From contig MU004237.1 in NCBI GenBank assembly GCA_010405405.1, positions 720,191 through 784,190 on the forward strand: DNA of 64,000 nucleotides. Direction: 5' to 3'. How positions within the stretch are numbered: position 1 is the first letter of the stretch; the number at the start of each line of letters is the position of its first letter. The stretch comes from Microthyrium microscopicum. Taxonomy: Eukaryota. This document shows positions 1 through 14,072 of this stretch, piece by piece. Both the position numbers and the translations under genes were made by a program. The notes beneath the pieces were generated by a model. It did not search any database. It saw only the letters and a list, made by a program, of their open reading frames with translations, and was not told the DNA's origin.

Positions 1-1307
1 TGAGTCAGCGCTCACAGTCGATGTCTTGACTCCAAGGTCCTCCACTCTTCGCCAGGACGTGAAAGAGGCTGTTGTGGTTGCAGTCAAAGATCTCACTGCT
101 CCAAGCGAACCAGCAAAGAAACACGTCGAGATCAAACTGCCCAGTGACTCGACTTACGAAGCTGGTGACTATCTCGCAATACTTCCAATCAATCCCAAAG
201 AAGTGGTTCAAAGAGCTATGAGAAAATTTGAGCTTGCTTGGGACTCGCATCTCTCCATTGAAGCAGTTGGCCCAACTCTACTCCCAACTGACTCCACCAC
301 TCCAGCTTCCGACGTATTCGGTGCATATGTGGAACTCGCTCAGCCTGCAACCAAACGAGTAAGCACCACTCACTCACGTCTGTGATTCTTGCAGTATTAA
401 CATCACATAGAATATTCTTGCCTTGATACCATGCACCAACGACCCAACGACGAAGACCAAACTTCAAAACCTCGCCGACGCAGCCTACGCCACTGAAATC
501 AGCGCGAAACGCGTCTCTCTGCTCGATCTTCTTGACACATTTCCCACCATTTCCCTTCCTCTCGCCTCCTTCCTCTCCATGCTGCCACCCATGCGCATAC
601 GCCAATATTCCATTTCTTCCAGTCCGCTTTGGAATCCGCGCCACGTCACTCTCACGTATGCTGTCCTAGATGCACCTTCCCTCGCAGATCCCGCTGGTCA
701 CCGCCATGTAGGCGTTGCATCAAACTATCTGGCCGGACTAGCACCAGGCGACAAACTTCACGTGGCAGTGCGCAAGAGCAATGCAGCCTTCCACCTGCCC
801 CATGATGCAGAGCATATGCCACTACTCCTCGTTGCCGCAGGCACAGGCATCGCACCCTTCCGCGGCTTCATCCAAGAGCGTGCAGCACAAGTCGGCGCCG
901 GACGCGCTCTTGCGCCAGCTGTGCTGTGGTTTGGGTGCCGAGCGCCCGGTGCCGATGACTTGTATGCGGAAGAATTGGCACGCTGGGAGAAAATGGGCGC
1001 GATTGAAGTCAGGCGGGCCTATTCACGAGAGCCAGAAAAGAGTGATGGCTGCAAGTATGTGCAGGATCGCCTGTGGGCAGACCGCGAGCGAGTAGCGCAG
1101 ATGTGGAAGGAAGGAGGTCGAGTATTTGTATGTGGCAGTAGAGAGGTTGGTGAGGCGGTGGGAGATGTGGCGAGGAAGATTATGATGGAGACCGTTAGGG
1201 AGAAGGAGATTGAGGAGACAGGGGCTAGTGATATCAATGAAGAGAGGGCGAAGAAGTGGTTTGAGAGCGTAAGGAATGTGCGATATGCTACAGATGTTTT
1301 TGTTTGA
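1..1307 (+). CDS. 3' part of a bifunctional cytochrome P450/NADPH-P450 reductase (CYP505/P450foxy-like), FAD/NADPH-binding domains; 5' truncated by the window
   Basis: Motifs RQYSISSS, GVASNYL, AGTGIAPFRGF, YVQDRL, VFVCG and terminal RYATDVF. Intron 359-410 (GTAAGC..TAG) joins ORFs 26..385 and 423..1307 in frame. Confidence 0.9.
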
Positions 1308-1756
1308 GAGAGTAGTCTCAAGGCAGTTTGATGATATCCTACGAATTATGGCAGACTATCGAGATAATGACCTATATTTTCTTGATTATCAGATTTATGG
1401 CTCTAATTGACTCCAATGCCTTGTCGTATTATGTGCATATTTTCAGGCGCAATGAATTATTGTCGCACCATAATTCCTTTCTAGGTAGTTAGCTTCTTTA
1501 TACAGATCCGGATTTGCGCCTAGAAACTAAACCATGCCGTAATAGTAATTCGTATTCAAAGGTGGCAGTGCTGCATCTTGCACCGCTTAAATTACCGTTC
1601 CTGGATGTAGATCAACTGCACTTCATAACTTCAACCTCGACTCCAAACCGTTTTTTAACCAACAACCATAACTCCCACCTGACTGACTCGAAAACTCAAG
1701 GACTACACTTGAATAAACAACCCGTCAAACACAACACGAGTGCCCAGACCAAAACA

Positions 1757-2856
1757 ATGGCGCCAGCACGCGCGGATCGCAAAAACAAAGGGGGGATGTT
1801 TGACTCCGTCAAGGAAGTTGTCCGCGCGGACCTCGAGTTATTCCATATTGGAGCTACGATTTCCTTGAGACCTATAGGACTGCCTCAGAAGAAGACAGCA
1901 GAAGAGCGCGCTCAAGAGAAGGCGCACAAGGCCAGAATTGCCAATGGCGCGAAAAGGGGCTTCGGACTCTTCAAGTCGCGCAAGGACGCTCCGGCAACAA
2001 AGGATATAATCTTGAGAAACGTCCACGACCAGACCCAATCGCGGTTTCTTCAGCTTCCTCCTGAAATCAGGAAAAGAATATGGTTGGAAGTTGTTGGTGG
2101 ACATCTGCTTTTTGGTGGTGCTGTTGCAAATCTCCAGCACGATTATGTCTACCACTCGAGTAATGATTTCATTGATCAGGCTCATCGGCAGAAGAGCAAA
2201 TCAGGACAGTTGCTGGATGTCTTGTTGACTTGTCATAAGATGTACGTCGGGGGTTTCTACACCAACAAAGTTGATCTATGCATCTAACCATGATCAGATA
2301 CGATGAGGCCATAGATATCTTATATTCCTCGAACATATTCTACTACATCGGCGTAGAGAAGCTCGGCAGAGTCGATCCGATGTCACCAAGAATACTGCCA
2401 CCCACCACCAACTTACGCTCGCTGGTCTTTGAATGCAATGTTGACTCGGTCCTTTTCCGGAACGGTCTGTTCATCTTCAGACCAAGCTCTGCTCCCTTCA
2501 CAGCCGAAACATGGGACATATTTCAAACCTTATCTAGTCTCCAAATTCTCTTAATCAACTTCATTTCTCATGTCGCTGTCTTCAACACCGAAGGTACCGA
2601 CAATGGAAACTCTGAGGACGCAGTGTTCGATCCTCTCAAGCGCATAACCAACCTCGAGAAATTCGAAGTAGTAGTTCGGTGGAAATGCCCATATAAACCG
2701 ATGAGAGCTACGTGTAAACTGCAGAATGATTACAGCGATGCTCCGTTCCGGCTTACTGAGATCCTGGATCATGTTGTGAGAGATGAAGTGATTCATGGAA
2801 GTAGAGATATGATTGATGTGAGGGATTGGGCGTCCAAAACACTGGCACGGAAGTAG
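1757..2856 (+). CDS. F-box-like fungal hypothetical protein (QSRFLQLPPEIR..IW type)
   Basis: QTQSRFLQLPPEIRKRIW motif. Intron 2242-2297 (GTACGT..CTAAC..CAG) gives LLTCHKIYDEAIDILYSSN, a typical motif of this family. Confidence 0.75.
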
Positions 2857-3283
2857 TTCACTAGAGTGAGCAACTGAGAATATCACAAATCGTATTTGAT
2901 CCACTGGAGGCTGTCTTTTGTCATGGCTTAACAAAGAAAACTTACCTGTATCATTTGCGTCAAATCGTTTCAAGAAATAGTGATGACTCTTGAGACGTGC
3001 ATTATTGCATGTAGCATCAAAGAAGCCGCCGTACACTATGGGATTGTTTATATTACACACATCTTGAAGCATCGTGAAGTCAACCGCAATAAACCTCCTT
3101 TTTTTGGCTATTTTCTAATTGTTTTCCCTTGGTCAATGCTTTTTTTTGTGTTTTTCGTCTCGCCATTCTTCTTTCTCAACGTCCATAAAACCATCCTCCT
3201 GTCGATCAATTTTGTTACTTCATCTAGTGCTTCCGTGTCCAACCATTGTCCTGGAGGTGTTGGATTATTGTTTCATGACCTTT

Positions 3284-4594
3284 TCATCGCCTCCGTTGCT
3301 TCCCTCGCTTGACTGCACTATCTTTAACTGGATCGTATGGCAGACGAGCAGAACCGGAACTCGTCGCAACAGGAGAAGGAGCAACTTCTGGCGATCGTGA
3401 TTCCGAGCTTCGCTCTTCATCAGTAAAACCAGTGTCGTAATCACTACGATTCAGTTGGAGAAGCCTATCATTCAGACCTCCCCGTTCCCAGAACTTGTCT
3501 TCTTTGGTAGGCCTAATAGAACAATTAGATTTCGTGTCGAAATGCCTAAGGTGTTATGACTCACCAATCTTGGTCCGCAAAATAGTCGAAACCGTGATTG
3601 AGGGCGAGTAGCAAGTGTGACTGCAATACTGGGACTGCTGGCGAGGTATACGGATTGAGGTGAATCAAACCCACGATTCGATCTCTGCTGTTCTCCCGTT
3701 GAACAGCTGCGAGAAACTGGTCCCTCTTAGCATGCTGTGCGGCGGTTCGGTCACCGCTCCTTGAGTCTTCGTAAAACCACTCATTTGTCACCCGGGTGTC
3801 GAAGAATACTCCGGCAACTAGATCGTGGGCTCCAAATACCCATTGTTCGAATTGATCCCTTCCCAAGAACGAACTGCGGGCGCTTTCAATTAGCTTGAAC
3901 AGCAAAGGCTTGTCCGTGTGTTTATTGAATGGCCTGCCAGTGTGCCTAAGGGCACTTCCTGTTGTCGTCAAGTATACCCAGTCCTCAGTCTCTTGAGCAA
4001 CTATTATGCCATCAACTCCACGACCGCGGACCCCTGCATATGTTTTGATATCTATTTGGAAAAATTAGTAAACTATCGTTTGTTGCTTGCTATTACTAAC
4101 AGTCAAGGAGCATTCTAGGCGTATTCCCGCCAAGTTTTACGGCAAATGGTATCCCCTGGGTTCTCAATCCGTCCATGAGAGATTTTAAGACGGAGAACCA
4201 AAACTCTGATCCACTCGTTAGTCAAAGAGGCATCTGGAGGCAGATTGCTTACGGGTGATATCAGATCCCGAATTTGAGCCGATTATAGTCATAGATAGGT
4301 CCAGACATATCCAGTGACATCCCTCATCATGGTTGTACCAAGATAGCAAGGTATCCAGGTCTATAGGTCGATCCCATTTTCTCTGTTCATCCATGAGCTC
4401 CGGTCAACATAGTAAGACTTTCATGAAAAATAGGCACGTACCACCCAACCACCTGCGCGAGCAAAATAACCTATCCCTGCTGTAGGCATGGGATACCGGT
4501 CGGTGTTCCATATGTATTCTGATAGCCCATTTCTGAATTCAGTTTCCTCGTTCCGAATCGCATTGTCGAACCAATTATTAGTATCTGAAGTCAT
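3284..4594 (-). CDS. Uncharacterised 367-aa protein, 5 exons (possibly an extra upstream exon)
   Basis: Exons 4594-4442, 4382-4253, 4205-4101, 4051-3565, 3512-3284. Four 47-59 nt GT..AG introns with branch-like motifs splice into one open frame (1104 nt) ending in TGA. Confidence 0.75.
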
Positions 4595-5917
4595 ATTGAA
4601 ACCTGTTTCGAATTCCAGATCCGAGAATGCAGTTCTAAGTGACTTGATCTGTGCAGTTTTTTTGTTAGCTGATGTTGTTGGGATAACATAGCAAAAGTGA
4701 ACAGAATGAGATGAGATAGACTTTTGTGGAAGGAAAGGCATAACAGACGACAATGACAATCCGAGACGCAACGGAAAAGGTAGTAGGTCTTTAGCTTCCA
4801 TCATATTGGATAGAACAATATGTGAATACCGTAGCCGCCAAAGAAAGGAAGAGATACATTCGGAAAGATCAAAACATGAAGGGCAGAAACGTGTGAGCTT
4901 GGGGTTACCTGAGGTATGGGTGGATAGTAGATTGTATGAAAGCTACAGGCCAGCTGTGATGAATGAAGTAAAGTTTGATCTGATGAATTGCTTTGAAGCC
5001 TCAGGAGGCACATAGATATACGCATTTTGGCGTTTGAACTTTCTGCTGAACCTGATCACGAACGGGCAAAGAACGCACGGAGATGCAATCAACAGCGACT
5101 GTTACCATAACTTATATAGTATCAAACAATGTACCTAAACACCGTGTCCATCGAACGTTCTATAAAGTTGCAGGGTGAATAGGGTAGAGCACAAACGATG
5201 AACACGAAGAAATGTCAGGAGCATCGTGAAGTATCACTGGCTAGCCGCTGTCCATCAGCGTCGACATCAATCATCAAACAAAGAGCAGACGCTCTTATCG
5301 AACGAAGTCCGTAGTACTTGATAGAGCCAAACGAAAAGCGGTCCGCGTGCGAACGAAACACATCAATCACTTTTCACGATTCACAGAGCAAAGACCACAC
5401 CAACGAAATAAAGATAACAAGCAAACTCCATTGAAACTATAGAACGAAAAAACACTAGCCACAATAGCTACAATCCCCAAACCCATGAGAAGAGACACCT
5501 AGGATCAAAACAAAGCCAGCAAGCAAACCCCATTTCCCGTAGCGAGCTTAACACACTGGTTTAACAACCTGCTTTTATTGATTCCCAGACATCCAATCTC
5601 TCCCCACACAACGAAAACCTCTTTATCATCAACACACCAAGAGGGTAGTAACAGCCTTCTTCATCATGCAAACGTGTCTAGTTCGACAACGGCCAGTGAC
5701 AGTCAAATGGAAATAAGGTAATTTGGTTTGCATTGACAATCACAACCGTGAGAGGAGTGAAAGAAGAAGTCGGGTCAAAATGAGGTGGTGGCAGTAGCTT
5801 TTTCATGGATTTTGGAGTAGCGAGCAGACAGGTAGAGTTTGGATGGAGATGGTTGATAAGAGCACCGTGTCGTCGTGTACTATCTGCTACTGCAGTGCAA
5901 CATGGTAATTTTCCCGT

Positions 5918-6740
<823 letters not shown>

Positions 6741-7785
6741 CTATTGATGCAAGAGCAATGTTAGCCAAAGAACTTGAGTTTTAGACTAACAATTGGCGCG
6801 AGTGTGAGACCAAGCTGCCGATATCCGACCAAGATTCAGCTTGTTAATATTCGAGGCGAGGCCGGCATGATATTGGGGATGAGCGGTAGTAGCTCAATGT
6901 TACTTGGCCCAGACGAACTCGGGTGTGAATAGGAAGAAAGCAAGGGACTTACAGCGCAGCAGCTGACAGCAGTGATAGTTCAACAGCGATCACTGAAGTT
7001 CAATGGGGATGAGATCTGGGGTATTTGAAGATTGGGTGGATGGGTGGATGTAGCGGTGATGCTGGAAGGAGGGAGGATGCGGGCAAAAGTCGACAGATTT
7101 GCGAGAGGGTGCGGGCCAACAACGCTTATGTAACAGCGGAACGCACGTGATGTGAAGCGGAATTCCGCTGGCTGATCTTTGTTCAGTTACCTTGACAGTC
7201 TCAATGCTAGAACAGAGGGAAAGTCAAATGTCAAGCTCTGAGAAAGTTGTTGAATACATCACTTTTGGAAGGCTCACTTGCTTATCAAGGTTCATGAGCA
7301 ATTGGACAGATGGCATTTCTCATACAGAATCATCGCTGCCTTGCGCCACAGCGGCACTAAGTTGCAATGTCTCACCGCTCTCCTTCTACCAATCTATTCT
7401 ACGCTGACCTTACCAAGGCTCCAGGCGATATCTTGAGTTATTCATCCTCATGGTACTTGCTGTTTGCGTTCGTCAATCTGTCCTCTCGTGAATCGACCAC
7501 AGTCCACTCAACCTTCTACTTTCTGTTCCTTAGTCACCCACATTTGGTGTTGCCTAGAAAGTGTACATTTACTCGCTATGCTGCTCGTGTGCTTGAAATC
7601 AGTTGAAAATACCCATCTAGTGAACATGAAGGACCATTGGGTCTCCTCTATGCATGCCCTTCCAACGCCCAAATGCTCAATGCAGGCTGCGCTCCAGCGT
7701 AAAACGCCTTGATATCTCCAGATATATTTGCCTTTGATTCATATTCTCTGCAATCAAAATCTGCTAAATGTTTTGGGTATCTAGT

Positions 7786-9399
7786 TTAAGCAGCGGCTGG
7801 TGCCTGTTGTTGTCCCTGACTTTGAATCTGGGCTTGGGCTTGGGCTTGGGCCTGTGCTGCTTCCGCTTCCTGGTTTTGATTTGGCAGGAGTCCATTCTTC
7901 ATCCAGAGGTCGATCAACGGCCACATTGGCTCCATTTCTTTGATTGTAATCAAATCAAATGTCATCCCAACGTTGATAAAATGAATGAAGCAGGTGTTCA
8001 ACTCCTTGTAAGAATTCGTGTCCCAGAACGGCGTCAGCCAGTGCCCGTGATAAAGATGAGCATAGCAGCGCATCATCTGGCGATAGATGCCCTTGATATC
8101 ACTTGCGAAATTCTCTGGAAACCCTGAAGTCTTTCCGAGCCAGTCTCTTCCAGAAAGTGCGTTTAGTGATGCATCAATCGTAGTTGGTCCTGCAGCAATC
8201 GGGGTACTGGATGTTGGAGTGTTTACGCCGCCAGCAGAATAGTTGGTAGGAGTGGTAGTATCCGTGGGGAAGAGAGAAGGATTGCTAATTTTGCCCATGA
8301 CCCATGTCTGTACCAGTTGAACGTATTGACAGGCAGGTATCTTCACCGGCTGTTTTTGGTTGTTTAGCCAGGTGTATGTATGGCTTTATATTATTAGTTT
8401 AATGCTCAAAAGCACGAATCTCTGACATACCCAGCAGCGGACATGGTGGGGCAAGTTTCTGGATTGCAGATTGGCCTGTTGGTTCGCTCGTCAACTACAC
8501 GAATGACTTGCAGCATGCTGTCTAGCAAGCGATATTGTTCGACCACTTTGAGCGCATTAGCGAATGTCTCGCCAGGACCTCGACCTGCTTGTACCTTGAT
8601 GGGCTAGCCATTCACCCTTCTCCACATGCTTTGGCAAGACGGCCAGCGTAGTCAGATTGCCCCTCACGATGAGATTGGAGTATTTTTCGCGAAAGAAGTA
8701 TGGTGGGTTTCGGGCTTGATTGCCAGCAGATTGGTCAGGATTAGACATGATGCCTGGGCTGACGCTAGGAGAAGGTGGTGCGGGCGGTGTTGGGCTCGTG
8801 TAGGGAATAGGACTTTGGTTGTTGCTCATCTGTACATGACCGCGTTCAGCTTGCTGCTGAGGATTGGGGCTCTTGTTTCCTGGTCGAGTAAAGCCTTGGC
8901 GACTGTGAATTGCGAAGGAGCAGTTAGCAAAAACACGGGGAAGGCACGGATGGCAGTGGGTCGGTCTGTATGAGGAAGGAACGGTGAGAAGTGCGGGAAG
9001 GGAGCTGTGGCCAACTGCAGCAGCCACGAGGTATGTTGCAGGCTAGAGCAGTAGACAGATCAACTTTGAAGGGCAAAGTGACATAGTCGACAGGCCTTGG
9101 AGCCAGTCGCAGACAGTGAGGCAAAATGAAAGGAGGGTGAAATGATAGTTGGGCCTAATATATTGTATCCATACATGGGTTAAGAAGTACAGTACTCCGT
9201 ACAAGGCAAGAACATGGTGGGTTGAAGAGTGGCAACCAAAAGGGCATAGTTGATTTGCATCACAAATGCCTAATGAATGGCAGGAGCATGTGCAAGAAGG
9301 CCCAGCCCAGGTACCGGTTCCCAGGGTGAGGGGAGAAATAGACAATGGCAGACATGGCTCTAGAGCAACTTACACACTAGAGAAGAAAGATGATGCCAT
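7786..9399 (-). CDS. MOB2: Mob1/phocein family kinase activator, Mob2-type
   Basis: LPKHVEKGEWLAHQ, CPTMSA, YTWLN, IYRQMMRCYAHLYHGH, ELNTCFIHF. Short first exon MASSFFSS, then intron 8903-9373 and two further introns. QA-repeat tail. Confidence 0.88.
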
Positions 9400-10260
9400 G
9401 GCGGACTGAGTAAAAGGCGGGCGCTCTGAAAATGCGTGTGCCGTGTATACACTCAGAAGCAACTACTGACGAAGCAGGTAGCGGGATCTTGTAGCGGACT
9501 AAGACTACCGCCGTAAAACTGTCGAGGCCAGGCCTCGGATGAGGCTAATTGAGCACAGGGGTGGGGCAAAGAATAATTGACAACCAATTTAGGCACCGCT
9601 GGTTTGGAGTAGGAGCAGAGTAGGTACAATGGAGATGGTAGAGCAGAGTGTAGTAAAGAAGCTGAATGTCAAAGACAAGGAGCCTCAGAAAAATGACCGT
9701 ACAGGTCGCAAAAAGGGATGATTCCCACGGTTCCGCCCTGTGGGGCGTACGAAAGAGGTTAGCGGCATGATTTTGGGTTTGTGAGGCCCAACAATTCAGC
9801 CTTTGATGTTTGTATCGGCCTTTGTCATGATATTGCCAAATCTCAACTTCATCTCCCAGTGCTTTCGATCAGTTCATCTACGAAAATATTGAGCCATACT
9901 GGATATTTTGGCTGCATTTACAAGGACTATCAAAATCCGAAAGTTGATATGTACTTAGCGCGCGCTAGGCGCTAAAGCTTACTGGCACAACGTGGCTAGG
10001 GCTAGGTCTATCCTCCCTCGTAAAAAAGCTTGGACCATCTGAGCCTCAACCGCTCCAATGTTCAAGTGAAAGACATCGAAATCTGAAGGCGCTCAAACAT
10101 CAACTGCACTCCTCACTCCTCATCAACTCTACATTCTACATTCTACATTCTAGGGGATTCCTCATCCGCCGCGCTCCATCTTCTGAAAACATTTACTCTG
10201 GGTTCTCACGTCTTCTCTGAATACTACTTTGCGACTTGAATAAATACCTACCATCGCCAA

Positions 10261-11702
10261 ATGTCCTCCGATGGACTAGAAGACGTCGCGTCTGCGCATG
10301 ACCTTTCCGACCTTGAAAATGGCGATCTTCAAGATGAAGTGGATGACCTGTTTGGAGATGGAGAAGACGGAGAAGCTTCAAGGTGAGCTGAATGTGATCT
10401 TGCGCCCGAGTCGCGCTAATCCTCGTACTAGCAAACCTCGACAATTAGATGATGAAGATCTTGATTCTGGCGACGATGAAGGTCGCACTGATCGCAGAGA
10501 ACCTGGCGATGAAGAGGATGAAGATGATGTTCCTGCAGACAAGGATATGATTGTCCAACCACTTCAACTACCGCGCCATGTTATCCCAGACTCTAGCGAC
10601 AAAGAGGTACGCATAAGGCCATCAGAAACAAGCATTATGCTAATCTACCCAGATGTACCTCACCAAAATACCGCCATTCCTTGCCGTTCAACCTTCCGCA
10701 TACCAGCCTCAGACCTTCCAGCCTCCTACCACTGAGCATCACTCCAAGGTCCCTGCTACAGCAGGATTCGATGCATATCAAACCGCTATCACGACTGTTC
10801 GTTGGCGTCATTCCCCAGCGGATTCCTCCGAGCTACAATCAAATGCCCGTATACTTCGTTGGTCTGATGGCTCTTTGACCATGCAACTTGCGACAGATGC
10901 GACACAGCAGTACGAGATCATGGCAGCTCCACAGTCCGCTCCACAGAAGAATCCTTCTAAACCTACACCTACATCGAACCTAGCACGTCGTAAGGAGGCG
11001 CCAAAAGATTCGTTTCAATACCTGGCATCTGGCTCCACCACGTCATATGGCGTCCGGGTCACCAATCACATCACTACTTCATTGAGTATTGTACCGAGTT
11101 CTCGAAAAGACGACAATGGGCTTGTAGAGTCATCCTTAGCAGCCATCCAAGCCAAATACAAGGCTGAGCAGGATCGAGCTGGTGTGGAGATTACCTCTGA
11201 ACACATGAACATTGACAAATTCGTCGCCGAGGCCAAGAAGATGGACCGGGAAGAACAGCGTAAGATTCGCAAAGCTGAGCGAGACAAGGAGAAGCAAGTT
11301 AGAATTGGCCGACCCCAACGCGGTGGAGGGCTTACGCTGGACGCATTGGAGGATAGTGGTGATAGGCCACGCCATAATCGGCCTAAACAGCGTCGCTCCC
11401 AGCGAGACGAATTGAGCGATGAAGAAGAGGAGATGTACGGGCGCCGTGGCGGTCCTCAGGATACCTATGATCTAGAAGACGACTTCCTCGTCGGTAGTGA
11501 AGAGGATTTGGAAGGGTCTGATCTTGATGCAGAAGGTGAGGAGGATATCGATGATGTGATCGAGCGACAGCAGAAGACTACTGATCGTCCCAGCCCTAAG
11601 CGAGCTAGACAGGAGGACGAGGAAGAGGCATCTGGTAATCCAGCTAGCCCAGTCTCTCGGCACAAGCGACGACGGGTGGTCAGCGATGATGAGGACGAGT
11701 AA
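10261..11702 (+). CDS. LEO1: Paf1 complex subunit Leo1
   Basis: Acidic N-terminus and TVRWR..SNARILRWSDGSLTMQL Leo1 signature. Introns 10383-10431 and 10607-10652. Confidence 0.92.
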
Positions 11703-12032
11703 ACCTGGGTATTCTGTGCATGTCTTTGAGCAGCATTTGCTTGGAGTTCAAGGCATTGTAGCAACTAATCAATTGGACTCTCAAATACATCTTCATCTAT
11801 ATTTCCTCAAATCCAGTGAATTTCTCTTGAATAATTTCAGAGCTGAACTTGGCTGAAGTTCTCAGATTCAACGCTTGAAACATTGAATTGATCACATGTT
11901 GTTGCTGTAGGCAGCAGTTAACCCTAGACCTACAACTTTTCCAGTGATCACTCCTCTCAGCGCCCCAAAAAAAAAGTTTACACAACTTGAAACATCAACT
12001 CTCACCAACACAGCACACCAACAACATCCATC

Positions 12033-14072
12033 ATGGAGACTTCTCGAGGTCCACCACGCGTAAAAAACAAGGCCGCAGCGCCTATTCAAATCTCCGCCGA
12101 ACAACTCCTTCGCGAGGCCGTCGACCGCCAAGAACCGACCGTCCAAGCACCAACCACCCGCTTCGCTGACCTCGAAGAACTACACGAATTCCAAGGCCGC
12201 AAACGCAAAGAGTTTGAAGACTATGTGCGCCGTAACCGCATCAACATCAACAACTGGCTGCGCTATGCCGCCTGGGAGCTTGAGCAGAAGGAATATGCTC
12301 GCGCGCGTAGTATCTTTGAGCGCGCGCTCGATACACATTCGACGAATGTCGCTGTATGGCTGCGCTACACTGATGCGGAGCTACGTAGCCGTAATGTTAT
12401 GCATGCAAAGAATTTGTTGGATCGTGCGGTGACGTTGTTGCCGCGCGTGGATAAGCTGTGGTGGAAGTACCTTCACACGCTCGAGTTGCTGGGCGATGTG
12501 CCGGGCACGAGAGAGGTGTTTGAGCGATGGATGAAGTGGGAGCCGGATCCGGCTGCCTGGAGTGCATTTGTCAAGTTTGAGACTCGGTATCAAGAGTGGG
12601 ATCGAGCGCGGTCGATCTTCGAGCGCTTTACGATGGTGCATCCTGAGACGACGAATTGGTTGAAGTGGGCGCGCTGGGAGAAGGAACATGGCACTACGGA
12701 TCTGGTGCGTGAAGTGTACACCATGGCTCTGGAGACGCTCGGTGAAGACTTCATGGACGAGAAACTAGTCATTCAATTTGCCAGATTCGAGACCACGTTG
12801 AAAGAGTTCGAGCGAGCAAGAGCACTGTACAAATTCGCGTTGGATCTTTTGCCTATTTCAAAGTCAAGAGCCCTGAACGATGCGTATGTCAAGTTTTCCA
12901 AGGCATGGGGCGAGGAAGATGGTGTAGAAGACGCCGTTCTATCAAAGCGGCGGGTGCAGTACGAAGCAGAACTCAAACAAAACCCCATGAACTACGACAC
13001 CTGGATAGATCTTGCTCGTCTCGAAGAAAGCTCTCGAGATATTGACCGCACGCGGGAGGTCTACGAACGCGCCATATCAAAACTTCCACCAACACACGAA
13101 AAACGACACTGGAGACGATATATTTACCTGTTCTTGTTCTACGCAACCTACGAGGAGACTGTCACTGGTGATATGGAACGAGTTGAACAAATATACCAGC
13201 AATGCATCAAACTCATACCTCATCGAAAATTTACCTTCTCCAAAGTCTGGCTCAATAAAGCACGCTTTGAGATCCGACAAATGAAGCTCACACAGGCCCG
13301 CAAAACACTTGGCCAAGCTATAGGAATGTGTCCCAAAGATAAACTTTTCAAAGGCTACATTGATTTGGAGATCAAACTGTTCGAATTCACGAGATGTAGA
13401 ACTATATACACCAAATATCTCGAGTTCAACCCATCTAACTCGGAGTCCTGGAAAGCATTCGCGACTTTGGAGCGAGGATTAGACGACACTGATCGAGCTA
13501 GAGCTATTTTTGAGCTTGCTGTTGCACAGGAAGCTCTGGATATGCCCGAACTTGTCTGGAAAGAATATATCGACTTTGAGGCAGACGAAGGGGAATTTGA
13601 ACGTGCTAGAGAATTATACGAACGCTTGCTGGAGAAGACCTCACACGTCAAAGTATGGATCTCGTATGCGCTATTCGAGATCAACGTCCCAGACGAAGAT
13701 GAAGAAGAAGAAGAGGAGGAGGCGGAAGAGACACCAGTCAGCGAGGAAGCCAAGGCTCGAGCTCGAAAGGTCTTTGAGAGAGCATACAAGGCCATGAAGC
13801 AAGCAGATATCAAGGAAGATCGAGTCGCCCTTCTAAATGCTTGGAAGTCGTTTGAAACTACACATGGGTCAGCAGAGGACTTGAAGAAGGTGGAAGTCAT
13901 GATGCCCAGCCGTGTCAAGAAACGACGCAAGCTAGACGACGACTCCTTCGAGGAGTACATAGACTGGCTATTCCCTCAAGACGACGAAGGCGGTGCAAAG
14001 ATATCCAATCTTCTCCAGATGGCCCACAAGTGGAGAATGGAGCAACAGGCCAAGGAAGGGACAACGACTTGA
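12033..14072 (+). CDS. CLF1: Pre-mRNA splicing factor Clf1/crooked neck (HAT repeats)
   Basis: [37 protein letters not shown] repeats. Single-exon 679 aa. Confidence 0.97.
   Translation: METSRGPPRVKNKAAAPIQISAEQLLREAVDRQEPTVQAPTTRFADLEELHEFQGRKRKEFEDYVRRNRININNWLRYAAWELEQKEYARARSIFERALDTHSTNVAVWLRYTDAELRSRNVMHAKNLLDRAVTLLPRVDKLWWKYLHTLELLGDVPGTREVFERWMKWEPDPAAWSAFVKFETRYQEWDRARSIFERFTMVHPETTNWLKWARWEKEHGTTDLVREVYTMALETLGEDFMDEKLVIQFARFETTLKEFERARALYKFALDLLPISKSRALNDAYVKFSKAWGEEDGVEDAVLSKRRVQYEAELKQNPMNYDTWIDLARLEESSRDIDRTREVYERAISKLPPTHEKRHWRRYIYLFLFYATYEETVTGDMERVEQIYQQCIKLIPHRKFTFSKVWLNKARFEIRQMKLTQARKTLGQAIGMCPKDKLFKGYIDLEIKLFEFTRCRTIYTKYLEFNPSNSESWKAFATLERGLDDTDRARAIFELAVAQEALDMPELVWKEYIDFEADEGEFERARELYERLLEKTSHVKVWISYALFEINVPDEDEEEEEEEAEETPVSEEAKARARKVFERAYKAMKQADIKEDRVALLNAWKSFETTHGSAEDLKKVEVMMPSRVKKRRKLDDDSFEEYIDWLFPQDDEGGAKISNLLQMAHKWRMEQQAKEGTTT

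Noticed and set aside
1..3000. Secondary-metabolite cluster around CYP505
   Set aside because: No PKS, NRPS or terpene synthase is in the window, and the neighbours are unrelated genes.
5040..5090. TPP riboswitch-like GAACCTGATC
   Set aside because: Lacks the upstream CTGAGA and downstream TAAT..GCG elements, and there is no thiamine gene nearby.
10127..10153. TCTACAT x3 micro-repeat upstream of LEO1
   Set aside because: Simple slippage repeat with no evidence of function.
13355..13960. Long antisense ORFs (also 28907..29446, 37169..37792, 47500..48141, 49998..50651)
   Set aside because: Shadows of real genes on the opposite strand with no independent motifs.
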